DNA of 64,000 bases, from assembly GCA_951406725.2 (NCBI GenBank), contig OX597821.1, positions 81,902,001-81,966,000 on the forward strand, in the 5' to 3' direction. A model generated the notes under the pieces. The model did not search any database. It worked only from the letters and a program-made list of their open reading frames with translations, and had not been told where the DNA came from. Positions 39,316 to 53,439 of the stretch are shown here, one piece after another (position 1 is the stretch's first letter; the number at the start of each line of letters is the position of its first letter). Source of the stretch: Octopus vulgaris (taxonomy: Eukaryota). A program made the position numbers and the translations under genes.

Positions 39316-39575
39316 AATCATTATCATCATCATCATTATTATTATTATTATTATTAATAAAAGAAGTACCAGCTGGGCACTGGAGTTGATGTAATCAACT
39401 TACCAACTCCCTCTGAAATTGCTGGCCTTGTGCCAAAATTTGAAATCATTATTTCTCCTGTCTCAGTCTATATAATTGTTTAAGTAGTATGTGAGTTATC
39501 CCTAGGCAGAAAGACATTCAAACACACACAACCACACTCATACATGCACCAACACATGGACGGGCACACACACGT

Positions 39576-39645
<70 letters not shown>

Positions 39646-39714
39646 ATGTTCATACACACATCTACATTCTTAATACTAAACCTATCCACACTGGACAAAA
39701 CATATGTACTCTTT

Positions 39715-40085
39715 TTTTTTATTCTTTTACTTGTTTCAGGCTTTTCACTGTGCTCAAGCTGGAGCACCGCTATAAAGGGCTTTTTAGTCAAAGAAACTAA
39801 CCCCAGGATTTATTTTTTGTAAGCCTAGTATTTATTCTATCGGTCACTTTTGCCAGATCACTAAGTTACAGGGACGTAAACACACCAACATTGGTTGTCA
39901 AGCGATGTTACAGGGTGGGGGTCAAATGCGGACACAAAGAGACACACACTTGTTTCAGTTTCTGTCTACCAAATTCACCCACGAGGCTTTGGTTGGCCCA
40001 AGGCTTCAATAGAAGACACTCAAGGTGGAACTGAAACTAGAACCGTGCAGTTGGGAAGCAAGCTTCTTACCACACAGACATGTCT
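39715..40085 (-). mobile_element. SINE family A copy, diverged
   Basis: Matches family A; lies head-to-head with the next copy. Confidence 0.8.
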
Positions 40086-40159
40086 GTGTTTAAACATATA
40101 AATATATATATATATGCCTACACATATAGACACTAATGCACACAAACACATATGTTCAT

Positions 40160-40565
40160 AGTCGCAGGAGTGGCTGTGTGGAAAGTAGCTTGCTTACCAA
40201 CCACATGGTTCTGGGTTCAGTCCCACTGTGTGGCACCTTGGGCAAGTGTCTTCTACTATAGCCTCGGGCCGACCAAAGTTTTGTGAGTGGATTTGGCAGA
40301 CGGAAACTGAAAGAAGCCCGTCGTATATATGTATATGTATGTGTGTGTACATGTTTGTGTGTCTGTGTTTGTCCTCCTAACATCACTTGACACCCGATGC
40401 TGGTGTGTTTACGTCCCTGTAACTTAGCGGTTCGGCAAAAGAGACTGATAGAATAAGTACTAGGCTTCCAAAGAATAAGTCCTGGGGTCGATTTGCTCGA
40501 CTAAAGGCAGTGCTCCAGCATGGCTGCAGTCAGATGACAGAAACAAGTTAAAGAGTAAAAGAGTA
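40160..40565 (+). mobile_element. tRNA-derived SINE family A, full length
   Basis: A-box TGGCTGTGTGG, B-box GGTTCAGTCCC, internal TG/TA microsatellite, AAAGAGTA-repeat tail. Other copies at about 44203-44590 and 44705-45078 (+), and 46045-46462 and 54388-54785 (-). Confidence 0.9.
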
Positions 40566-41044
40566 TACATACAAATACATCCCACGCATATACACAGCTT
40601 TGGCCAGATTTTTCTCTCCTGAAAAATTCCAGTTATTTCTGGTTCAATAAATAAATAAATGAATAAATGAATGGAACGGGCAAAAAATAAAAGAAATTCA
40701 CAAAAAACTACTGCCTCTACCTGTATGGTTTTAATTGGAAAATATAAAAGTAAATAAATGAATCAATAAATTAACAAATACAAAAGAATATACAAATTGC
40801 AATATTAGCAATTTATTACAGCAGATGTTTGTGAAATTACGGAATGTTTTGATACAGTAATTTTATTATGATTAAATTATTTCTATATTGTTCTGCTCCA
40901 TTTAGTAAGCATCCAGTGTTGTTAATATCTGTTGAGTTAAACAGGTTTCTGAAATTGCTAGTTACACATATGACCAAACATATGCTGACCCCCAAACCCA
41001 CTCCACCTGCACACATGTACACAGCCAGACAGACAGACAAACAG

Positions 41045-41091
<47 letters not shown>

Positions 41092-41207
41092 AGCACATAC
41101 ATATGTATACACATGTACACGTTTACATATACACACACATGCATCTATATACAAACCTATACCTTTATACATACATGTATGTATATGTATAAATGTGTGC
41201 ATGTGTG

Positions 41208-41246
<39 letters not shown>

Positions 41247-41247
41247 T

Positions 41248-41324
<77 letters not shown>

Positions 41325-41562
41325 TATGTGTGTGTATACAAACATACACTCACATATTTTTCTACAAGCGTACATATGTACATGCAGTTATTTATCTGTA
41401 TGTGTGTTATGCTTAGATATATGAGTGTGTGCTTACACACAAATACACACACACACACATACAAATAGATAGATAGATAGATACATACATACATACATAC
41501 ATACATACATACAAACATTTGCATACATACATCCAATTATGTTCATACATGTGCGCAGGCAT

Positions 41563-41594
<32 letters not shown>

Positions 41595-41917
41595 ATACCT
41601 ATATAACTACGTGTGTGTGTGGGGGGGGGGATTTTCTTATTTCAGTAGATTACAAGTTCCAGTCATGTGGAAATTCTGGCAACTTTGGGAATAAAAATTG
41701 CTGTCATCAAAGAGGAAGAAGTGCAAGATTAGAAATGTGAATGAGAAGGAATTAAAAAAGAAAAAAGACAGGAATGTACTGTTAGATAAAATGTGATGAA
41801 AGAAATATAAAGAATAAGTAATAAAGGAAATCGAAGACTAATTTGATTGTCGTAATACATGCTCTTTGGTGTCCAATAAGGAAACATCCATGTGGTTACT
41901 TAATCTGCTAGAAACAG

Positions 41918-41969
<52 letters not shown>

Positions 41970-42513
41970 ATATGTACATCATGCATGCTTGTATATATGT
42001 ATGTAAGTATGTAAGTGCATGTAAGAGTATGTGTCTTTGCATTTTTCTCCTTCCATTGTTTGAGTACTGGTGCCTGATTACATCGCCATGACTTAGCAGT
42101 TTGTCAATGGAAACTGATAGAATAATTACCAGGCTTAAAGAAACTAAATAAGTATTGGGTTGATTTGTTTGACTAAAATCTTTCAAGGTGGTGTCCCTGC
42201 ATTGCTGCAGTCCAATGATAGAAACAGGTAGAAGATAATCAATTGAAATTTCCACCAGATTGGTCTCAGATGTAACACCTTCAGCTTTTGGTCTGCTGGG
42301 TCAGGACTGACCTGGAGCCAAACAATAAAATAACCAGGACTGCTTTAATGGCAATTGCTAGAAGGTGGGAAAGGATAGTAACAAAAGTTTTGGCTACTAT
42401 ATGACATTTAAAGATGATCCACTTATCTCAAATCTATAGCTCCTATTAAACAAACAAGAGACAAGATAAAAAAAAAAACTGGATGCTCAATAAGGCTCCC
42501 ATCCTTCTGATAC

Positions 42514-42746
<233 letters not shown>

Positions 42747-42895
42747 AGAAATTAACTGTGTAAAAGTCAATACGAAGAGTACCCCATCCAACGAGAATTC
42801 AATATTACTAAATGTTTCCACCACATGTACTTATCGCATTATTAATAGTTTCCTGTACATGTGTATGCTCATCAGGCACCAATATATATATATAA

Positions 42896-43111
42896 AGGTG
42901 GCGAGCTGGCAGAAATGTTTGCACACCGGGTGAAACTGCTGTTACGTTCTGAGTTCAAATTCTGCCGAGATCAACTTTGCCTTTCATCATTTCAGGGGTC
43001 AATAAATTATGTACCAGTTACGCACTAGGGTCGATGTAATCGACTTAATCCCTTTGTCTGTCCTTGTTTGTCCCCTCTATGTTTAGCCCCTTGTGAGCAA
43101 TAAAGAAATAA
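42896..43111 (+). mobile_element. tRNA-derived SINE family B copy
   Basis: A-box-like TGGCGAGCTGG, B-box-like GAGTTCAAATTC, tail AATAAAGAAATAA, flanked by (TA)n. Confidence 0.8.
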
Positions 43112-43387
43112 TATATATATATATATGTAAGAATGTATGTATAAATACACACACACATATATGTATTGCTGGTGGCATGTAAAATGCATCCACTACACTC
43201 TCGGAGGGCATCCAGCTGTAGAAACACTACCAGATCAGATTGGGGTCTGGTGCAGCCTCCTAGCTTCCCAGACCCCAGTTGAACTGTCCAACACATGCCA
43301 GCATGGAAAACAGACGTAAAACGATGATGATGATACATTTGTATTTGTATATATATTATATGAATTTACATGTATACATACATTTGT

Positions 43388-43428
<41 letters not shown>

Positions 43429-43470
43429 TACACCTACATACATATATATATATGTACATATTTGTATTTA

Positions 43471-43541
<71 letters not shown>

Positions 43542-46044
43542 GTATGTATATATTTGTATTTATAATTATATTGATAAAGATACAGGAGTTTGGTTGCATA
43601 TCAGGTTTTAACCTTTTCAAAACTTGTTTTGTGCAAGCAATGCTAAGGCAACTGGTTAATGCAAATTCTTTCAAAGTTGTAAAAACAATTATGTGGGGGA
43701 GATATTTTTAGACGCACCATCGAGTTGTATTTCCTTGCAGGTGACTCTGCCGATGATACATCTAAAGAAATGTCAAAGAACAAAGTACCAGACCATAAGA
43801 GGGTTTGGACTCAGCACCACAGGCTAACGAGTCACTTGTTGATTATATAATACATTTATTACTACTGCTGTAAAATGGTAACTGTTTGCAACTGGATTAA
43901 TTGGGCCAGAAAGACTTCAGTATCTTGGTCACAGATATTGCTCTCTGTTGGTGAGTCCCACATCTCATTAACTTGGCCTTCCGCAAGCCTCTACAGATGA
44001 CAGGTAGGTTATATTAAAAACAGAAAACAAAACAAAGAAGAAAAGGTGGAAGAATCTACAAATGTCTTGTTATAAAAGATTTTAGCTTCCAAAATATGCT
44101 GAAACTGTTGTACAGAGATGACTGGTGGGACTATTAAACTTGATAAAGGAATTCACAGCGGTCTAATAATATAATAAAATCTTATCTCTAAAAATTTGCA
44201 GAGATGCAGGTATGGCTGTGTAGTTAAGAAGCTTGCTTTGCAGCCATGAGCTTTTGGGTTCAGGTTCAGTCCCACTGTGCAGTACTTTGGGCAAGTATCT
44301 CCTATTGTAGCCCAGGGCTGACCAATGCCTTGTGAGTGAATTTGGTAGATGGGAACTGTGCAGAAGCCTGTTATGTGTGTGTGTGTGTGTTTGGTGTCTC
44401 CTTGCTGCTTGACAATTGGTGTTGGTTTGATTAATCTCCCTGTAACTTAGCAGTTTGGCAAAAGAGACTGATAGAATAAGTACCAGTTAAAATGAAAATA
44501 AATACTGTTGGTGAGATGTTTGACTAAAACCCTTCAAGGCAGTGCTCCAGCATGGCCACAGTCCAATGACTGAAACAAGTAAAATGTAAAGGATATTTGT
44601 AAAAGATGACTTGTTTGAATGGTTGTCGCCTCACATGTGTATGTAATGACCATAGATTTCAGGTAAAAAAAAAAAATGTTCTTTATGCCAATTGTAAATT
44701 GGTAATTGCTTCCTAACCACATGGTTCTGGGTTCAGTCCCACTGCATGTCACTTTGGGCAAGTGTCTCCTACTATGCTTTGAGCTGGCCAAAGCCTTGTG
44801 AGTAGATTTGGTTGATGGAAACTGAAAGAAGCTTGTCATATATGTGTGTGTGCGTGCATGTCTTTGTGTCTGTTTGTCCCCCACAACCACTTGACAACCG
44901 GTAGTGGTGTGCTTACATCTCTGTAACAGAGCAGTTTGTCAAAAGAGATTGATAGAATAAGTATCAGGCTCAAAAGAAAAGAAATATATAAATACTGGGG
45001 ACGCTTTGTTCAACTAAAACTTTTTAAGGTGGTGCCCCAGAATGGTTGCAGTCTAGTGACTGAAACATATAAAAGATATGGCCCTTTATGTCAAAATCCT
45101 GTCAAGCTCAACCTTATCTTTATCATTCTGGAGATGATAAACTAAAATATCAGCCAAATACTGCAGTCAATATAAATTACTATATTACATTCCTATTAAA
45201 AAATCCTGTGGCTTTGTATTTATTTTGAAATCATTGTTATTATTATTATTGTTGTTGTTAATCTTGTTGTTAAGTACCAGGTCAGTCCTGATAAAGCAGA
45301 TCTATGCTTAAAAGCACTACAGCTGTGACCATCTGTCTGTGCTTTTATTAGGCAAGGCAGAGTGCATCTAGGGCTGTTTACATTATCCAATGTGTACATA
45401 CCTATTTCTGTTTTAAGATGGTAAGGCAATAATGAAGGGAGATTTGACAGCTATTTTTAGCACATTCAGCAACCACATAGAGACTGAGGTTGCTCAACCT
45501 GTTATAGTAGTTGTAATTACAATTGTCCTTATTGTCACTCCTCAATTCGTTTCTTTATTTACATGAGATATAATGATACAAGTAAATATTGAGGGGTGAT
45601 ATGAAGACTGTAACATTTATTTAGAAGTGTATTTAATCTTCCCACCTGAGACAGTCAGGTAAAATTAACAACACTCCAGTTCATACAGAACAGGACCAAG
45701 GTTTTTGTTCTTTTATAAATATTTTCTTATTTCAACCCAATTGGAAATATGTTAACTACACACACAAGTGTATGTTCACAAGAGTGTGTATATGATTGGG
45801 TGCATGTGTGTATGTGTACGAATATGTGTGTGCATGGTTTGGTTTCCTCATGTTAAACCATTGTACAGAGTGTACTGGGTGGTTTTTACGTGGCACCATC
45901 ACCAGTGCTTTTTACGTGGCACCTTGGTTTTAGGATATTAATTCTGTTGTTGTGGGTGGGTCTTCTTGAGTACAACAATATACCACAGCACAACAATGTG
46001 TCACATCAAAATATTCTAACAATTTTTTATACAATTTCTAATAA

Positions 46045-46462
46045 TACTCTTTTACTCCTTTTTACTCTTTTACCTGTTTCAGTCATGTGACTGTGGCCAT
46101 GCTGGAGCACCGCCTTTAATCGAGCAAATCGACCCCGGGACTTATTCTTTGTAAGCCTAGTACTTGTTCTATTGGTTTCTTTTGCTGAACCGCTAAGTTA
46201 CAGGGACGTAAGCACACCAGCATCGGTTGTCAAGCAATGTTGGGAGGACAAACACAGACACACAAACATATACACACATAAATATATATACATATATACG
46301 ATGGGCTTCTTTCAGTTTCCGTCTACCAAATCCACTCACAAGGCTTTGGTCGGCCTGAGGCTATAGTAGAAGACACTTGCCCAAGGTGCCACACAGTGGG
46401 ACTGAACCCGGAACCATGTGGTTTGTAAGCAAGCTACTTACCACACAGCCACTCCTATGCCT
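46045..46462 (-). mobile_element. SINE family A, full length
   Basis: Reverse complement aligns end-to-end with 40160-40565. Confidence 0.9.
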
Positions 46463-49400
46463 GAAACATTGAATGTTTATCAAGGGTCCAGTAGAGTAAG
46501 ATAGGAACCAAAAGGGTCCTTATGCAAAAAGAACCATTGTTGCTGAGCAAGTCAGCTTTGCTGAAATCATTCTTAAATTCAAATATTTCAATATATCCAC
46601 AACAGGAATTGAACACGGCACTGCAAGTTAACAAGTTTGTTGGAGTCTTACAGCTTTACTATTGTTTACATCTTTAAAGTTAATCACTCTGTGATTGTTT
46701 GAGTGAGTGGGATGGATTGTAAATTATCTTAATTATTGCAGTGAATGGAATGTGAGGTAAATACCCTCAGGAAAGGTGCATAGGTACAGATTCATTGCAT
46801 TAAGCTAAAAAAAGGCAAATATTTGCACAGAAATTTGGCCAATCCACCTCAAATATCCATTCCAGATATATCCATTTCTGGAAGATCATAAAGAGTTTTA
46901 TGATCCAATGTGGCAAACTCTATGTAGTCATTCAACATGCTAGAAGTAGCAGCCAAATCTCCCTCAAAACACACACAAATAACTAAAAGAAAAATGGTAA
47001 AGTTATCTTCTTGAGTCATACCGACCCATTGGAGCCAGTTTCCAAGTTTCCTGGCATACATATTCCCCACCTCCATCATGGGATTATTCATTTTTGCCAG
47101 CTGAGTGGACTGAAGCAATGTGAAATGAAGTGTTTTGCTCAAGAACACAATGCACCACCTGGTCCAGGAATTGAAACCACAACCTTACAAACAAGAGTCC
47201 AACACTCTAACCACTGAGCCACATGCCTGCACACTATCTAAAGAAAATAACATATATAGTCCTATATAATATCCATAAAAGGTCAAGATGGTTGCAACTT
47301 AAAGGGCTTAGATTATAGATCTGTTTGACCAGTAGCATAGCCAGGATGAGAGGGTTGGAGTAGAGTGTAGGGTCTGCTCTGGGCAACACTTTTATGAGGC
47401 TCGCACTTTTAGGTCTGTTGTATAAGACTGTATAGAGAGGAAGGAAACTCAAGGGCTGCCTTGGGAGACACAACACACTCTTGCTATGCCAACAACAACA
47501 ACAACAACAACATCATTTAAAATGGGCTGGTGTTTACTTTCAAGTGTTAGGTTGAAAATGTGTGTATGGTCTTAAGTGTACAGTCAAAGTGCATAATTTA
47601 TATTTTAAATAAGTTATATATATTGATAAAAATGGTAATACAACAAAAGAAAGAAAGAGACCTCGATATTATGTAAATAGAGGAATTTGTCTGTAAATGT
47701 AATATGTGACAATTATTTGGTAACCATGATAACGAATAATTGTCACATATTACATTTACAGATGTATATATATATATATATAGCACGTAAAAAGCACCAT
47801 CCGTCCGTGGCCGTTTGCCAGCTCCGTCTAGCACCTGTGCGGGTGGCACGTAAAAAGCACCCACTACACTCACGAAGTGGTTGGCGTTAGGAAGGGCATC
47901 CAGCCATAGAAACACTGCCAGATCAGACTGGGCCTGATGCAGCCTTCTGGCTTCCCAGACCCCAGTTGAACCGTCCAACCCACGCTAGCATGGAAAGCAG
48001 ACGCTAAATGATGATGATGATGATGATTATATATATATATATGAAATATATTTTATTCTGCTCATACTAGGTTTGAACTCAGAAATTATGGTCTTGGTTT
48101 ATCATTGCTAATGTGGACTATTAACCTCTTGTCTTTAGATGCAATGCAATATCATTAATGAGACAGGAACCATTGATGACTAAGTGAAAACATCCAACTA
48201 CTTCATCTGATTTGGTCAGCATCAATTCTCAGAATGTTTATCAGTCAGTCACAAACAATCCATTTCCTGTCACGTGACTGTCCCAGAATTCCTGAAGTGG
48301 TCACTGACTCATTTTTCTGATGCAATTGCATAATAACAGCAAAATATTTAGGTCACTATAGTCCGGCATATTTGGAAGGGTTAATGATTCAGAAGAGGAA
48401 AATATGTTTGTTTACATTTTCCTTCTGCTCACTTAACATATTAAAATGGCAGCTTTTGCTATCTTCAGCTAAATATTTAGATTACAATTCCCGTTAGCAC
48501 CTCCTCCTCTTACCTAATATCAGTTTGCATATTATCATTATTTTTATTATTTTATTATTATTATTAGTAGTATTATAGTAATTGTTGTGTTGCTACAAAA
48601 TGAAATTAACTGCTCTCCCCACCCGACTCCTACATAATCTTTAACATTACTGACTAACTAACTGAGAGGTTTGTTTGTGTTTGGCCAAACTTAGTGAGCT
48701 GCACACTACCGAGAGCTGGAAGGGAAGACTTTTACCAAAAGTAGCCAGATGTTTCTCAGAAGATTTTTAGGAATAATCATATCTCGGATAGATTAGCCTA
48801 CATAGAATTTTTTTACCTTTCGCTTCCTGTTTAGTAGTGCCTGTGTGTTTGGGGTTGTTTGGGGTGGTTTGTAAATTACCTTCGAGTTGCAGTGAGTGTA
48901 GAATAAGGTAAATAACCTCAGGAGTTGCAAAGGGAGGCTTAGATACAGTTTCATAGTATTACATTTAATCAAAGGCAAATATTTGCATGGAAAAGTGGCC
49001 AGTGCACCTCAGATATTAATTCCAGGTGGTTTGTTTCCTAAAGGAGCCTGCAACATTTAATGAGTGAGTCAATGCAGAAACCTCTATGTGATCATTCAAC
49101 CTGCTAGAAACAACAGCCAAATCTTTCTCAAATCATGTACTATTGTCTAAAACAAAGAAAGAACATACTAGATAATATAGGTCTAGATTCGATGACTGGC
49201 GTCCGTGCTAGCAGGGTGCAAAGAGCACCATATGAGTGTGATCGTTGACAGAGCGGCTAACTGGCTTCCGTGCCAGTGGCACATAAAAGGCACCATTTGA
49301 GTGTGATCGTTACCAGCATCGCCTTACTGGCACTTGTGCCCCGTGCTAGTAGGGTGCTAAGAGCACCATCTGAGCGTGATCATTGCCAGAGTGGCTAACT

Positions 49401-49789
49401 GGCTTCCGTGGCACGTAAAAGCACCCACTACACTCTCGGAGTGGTTGGCGTTAGGAATGGCATTCAGCTATAGAAACTCTGCCAGATCAAGATTGGAGCC
49501 TGGTGCAGCCATCTGGTTCGCCAGCCCTCAGTCAAATCGTCCAACCCATGCTAGCATGGAAAGTAGACATTAAACGATGATGATGATGATGTGCCCATAA
49601 AAAACAAGATGGTTATGGCTGGAATGAAATTAAGCCTAGATCTGCTTGATCAGGGATAATCTAAAGCCTAACAACCACAAAAACGTTTCTGATAGGTTGT
49701 TACTTATTCCACCTGTTTAGTAAACTAATTCATAGAATTAAGTGTACATGATTTGAGCAATATATATTTTATTCTTCCCCACAAGTGTC

Positions 49790-50060
49790 CAGTCTTTGTG
49801 ATGTGGTGACTTTTGTGTCTCAATGACCCTGAGAGCTATGCTAGTGGAACAGAAAATTCTGGTAGGACCTTCTATGCTGGACAGGTCAACAGGTAGAGGT
49901 CAGACTAATATTGACTGCTACTTCCCAGAGGTCAACATTTCTGTCTAGAAAATATGTAAGCATCAATGATAATTCGAAAAGCAAAACGCCCATTGTTGAG
50001 AGCAGTACAAGAAAGACGTCAATGGCCTATGCTCCATAGGAAGCAAAGGGCTTAAGAAAA
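49790..50060 (+). mobile_element. short RTE-derived non-autonomous element (5' UTR-like part fused to an RTE-type tail)
   Basis: CAATGACCCTGAGAGCTATGC...GGACAGGTC...CAGACTAA resembles RTE 5' UTRs; GGCCTATGCTCCATAGGAAGCAAAGGGCTTAAG resembles RTE 3' ends. Both from recall. Confidence 0.4.
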
Positions 50061-51277
50061 GAGATATTTTATTTGGCTAACAAGAGGCTTTGAACTTAAA
50101 ACTCATCATCATCATTATCGTCATCATGTAATGTTTGTTTTCCATGGTGGCATGGGTTGAACATAGTCTGACAGGAGCTGGCAGAGCTAAAAGTCACACC
50201 AGGTTTCATAGTCCATTATGGTTTGGTTTCTACAGCTGGATGCCCTTCATACACTTTTTAGTGTGTACAGGGTGCTTTTTACATGGCACCAACACCAGTG
50301 CATTTTATGTGGTGCCAACACCAATGCCATTCACGGGCAAGCATTACCAAGGTAGTTTTAGGATACCAATTCTGTTCTGTTGTGGTGGACGTGTTGTCTT
50401 GAGTACAGCAATGTGCCTGCGCTAGAGAGCAGTGTTATGTAACCATTTTTAGGAGATGGTCCAAAATATTCATAAGGAAAACTTTACAGACCAACAAATA
50501 ACACAGTAAGATATACGATTTGCGACAACAACTCTGGTGTGGATAAATAGTTTGCAATCAACATCATCACCAACACTGTCACATCACTAGTGTCATCACC
50601 ATTGGCACCATTACAACTATCATCATCAGTCATCATCACCATCATCACCAGCATCATTCTATACTTGCTGTTAAAAACAATGGAGAACAAAACAGCAGCA
50701 CAAGTTCATTAGCTACATCTTTATGATTGCTGTTGTTCACCAGGTTCAACGATAAAGGTGAGACTTTGTGGTGGCTTGTGTTATTACCTGTTGTAGTTAT
50801 AGTTGTTATGTAACCTGTGTTAGCTCTCTTGAGTGTCAGACAAAATCACTTTGTGGTATTCTGTTATGTCTCATTACATTCAGAGTTCAAATCCTGCCAA
50901 GATTGGATTTTTGCTTTATGTTCTTCAAGCGTCATTTTAAGTAAGTGCCAATCAAAGACTGGGGTCAGTAACAACCAGCAATACTCTTGAAAGTAGTGCA
51001 GTGGCGTTATCACAGTCCAGTGACTGAGATACGGAAAATAGCAAAGGCATGTGCATATAGTTAGAATGTTCACTTCTTGATCATGTGGTTTTGTGTTCAG
51101 TCCCATTGCACAGCACCTAGGGCAAGTGTCTTCTGCTATAGTACTGGGCCAACCAAAGTGGTGTCAGCAGTGGCAGCTGCAAATGCCATGATGATGATGA
51201 CAATCCTCCTCCTCCTCCCCCTCTCTCACACACATTGTTATACTTTTTCTTCCTTTCTCTCTCTAGAAGATATAGAA

Positions 51278-51350
<73 letters not shown>

Positions 51351-52228
51351 AAGGAGAGAATGAAGAAAAGAGTGAGAGAAAGAGAGAGAGAGTATACAAG
51401 ATGTTGCACAAGCACTCAGCTCTGAGTACACTGTTTCTTAGAGCAGAAACAGATGTAAGCTCAAGAAAGTGATTATGTAACTCATTCATTGACATGTATA
51501 TACATACATATATAAATGTGTGTGTGTATATGTGTGTGTGTATGTATTATGTCTAAGTGAATATGTATGTGTGTGTCTTTGTGTTTGTCCACTACCACTG
51601 CTTGACAACTGGTGTTGGTTTGTTTATGTTTATGTCCCCATAACTTAGTGGTTCGGCAAAAGAGTTTGACATAATAAGTATCAGGCTTGAAAAAAAAAGG
51701 TACTGGGAGCAATTTGTTTGACTAAACTCTCTAAAGTTGGTGCCCCAGCTTGGTCGCAATCAAATAACTGAAGTAAGTAAAAGATAAAAGATCGGATCTA
51801 TGGCAGGTATAGGTTGATGTCAATACATTGTCAGACGATTGAGCAACAGCAGTCTTTCCAGAGAATTATCCAACAGTAAAAGATGTTGGGGGAGGGTCAG
51901 GGTTCATAGGGAAAGTTGAAGGTGAGAAGAAAAAAAAAGATAGCAATGGATGGAATGATGAAGCAGACAAGTGATAAGAGGGTTGTAGTGGAGAAGATTT
52001 CTTAAGTTTTGTATGATGAAGAAGAAGAATGGAAAGAAAAGAAAGGAAAAAAAGACAAAATTAAAAACACCCCATCAAAAGAAAAAAGAAAAAACATAAA
52101 GGGCAAAGAATGGGAAAACAAAATGTATTGAAACAAAACAAAGAAGATGTAAAAAATTAAGGATGGTAAAAATGAAGAATGAAAAAGATGAAGAATGAAA
52201 AGAAACAAAATACATGAAAAGCGGAAGT

Positions 52229-52261
<33 letters not shown>

Positions 52262-52894
52262 AACTGAAAGAAAGGATAAAATTGAAGAATGAAAGGAATA
52301 TATATATAAAATAACTGTTTAAAACAGGATGTAACATTTGTCTCCATAGGCCAAATTTAGTCAGAGAATGAGAAACTGTTTTCTTAAGGTCTTGTTTATA
52401 AAATAACTTTGGAGATTTGCCATCAGCTCCAATTTCTACAGCAATCTCTCAAAACACCAGATTTCACTGATTAAAAAATAAAGTTCATTTGTGTACGCAC
52501 ATGTGTGTGTGTGTGTGTGTGTTTGCATGTGTGAATGCTTGTGTATAAATATTTAAACACAAACATATAGCAATATGTGTTTATGTGTGCATATATAAAC
52601 AAAAGCGTTTGCATACATGTGTATATGTATAGTCGTCCATCACTTTACAAGATGCTTTCATGGTTTTGGTTGTATTTTTTCTTTTGTATTTTGCATATAT
52701 TCAAACACCACTTTGCTGTTTCCATTTTGGTTTTTGATTTGACTTTACTTCTACTTTTATTTCATTTCTTCAATTGTGAGGTGGCCCCTAGTGCTAAACC
52801 AGTGACTCGCAATCACTTTTTTTTCATATGAACCCCTTTTGAATCCTATTTTACTCTAATGGACCCCCATGTTGAGAAAAAAAATCCTATTATA

Positions 52895-53439
52895 TTGGGT
52901 TGTCCGGAAAGTTCGTGCCGATTTTTAAAGGAAAGAAAAAGGTCAATAAATACTTGCCATTACACTTTTAATCAACCAAATATGAACCATTTTGTTGCAC
53001 AATGCATCTCCATCTTTCCTTTAACTTGAAAATACCCTCTTCCCAGAATTGAGGTGGTTTCATGGCAAAGAATTCATCAAGGTATCTTTTTACATCATCC
53101 AAGGAATTGAAATTTTTACCATTAAGACTATTCTGCAGAGACCTGAATAAGTGGAAATCTGAAGGAGCAATATCTGTTGAATATGGAGTGTGGGGTTACA
53201 CATCCCAGCCAAGCTGCAGCATGGTTCCCAAAGCATCAAGTGCCGAAAATGAACTTTCTTGTCTTCCATTTTAAAGGGTTACAGAATTAACACAGGTTAT
53301 AGGAACATAAACCTTCTACCATGTAAAGATAGCTTAAACTGTGCTCTAAATGGAGGTGTAGTCAAATCCTATTTTATGTTCTAAAATAAGTCGAAAGGTA
53401 AGCTACTATAAATCGGCATGGACTTTCCGGACAACCCAA
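52895..53439 (-). mobile_element. internally deleted mariner (545 bp), TA-flanked
   Basis: TIRs TTGGGTTGTCCGGAAAGTTCGTGCCGATTT / AAATCGGCATGGACTTTCCGGACAACCCAA. Minus strand has MEDKKVHFRHLMLWE joined across the deletion to PYSTDIAPSDFHLFRSLQNSLNGK. Confidence 0.92.

Noticed and set aside
43741-43850. Plus-strand acceptor TTTCCTTGCAG followed by a short open frame (DSADDTSKEMSKNKVPDHKRVW...)
   Set aside because: No partner exon, no recognisable motif and a short length compatible with chance.
48514-48592. Minus-strand AG...GTAAG-bounded 79-nt segment
   Set aside because: Mostly AAT low-complexity sequence, and closed in the phase needed to follow the candidate exon at 54910.
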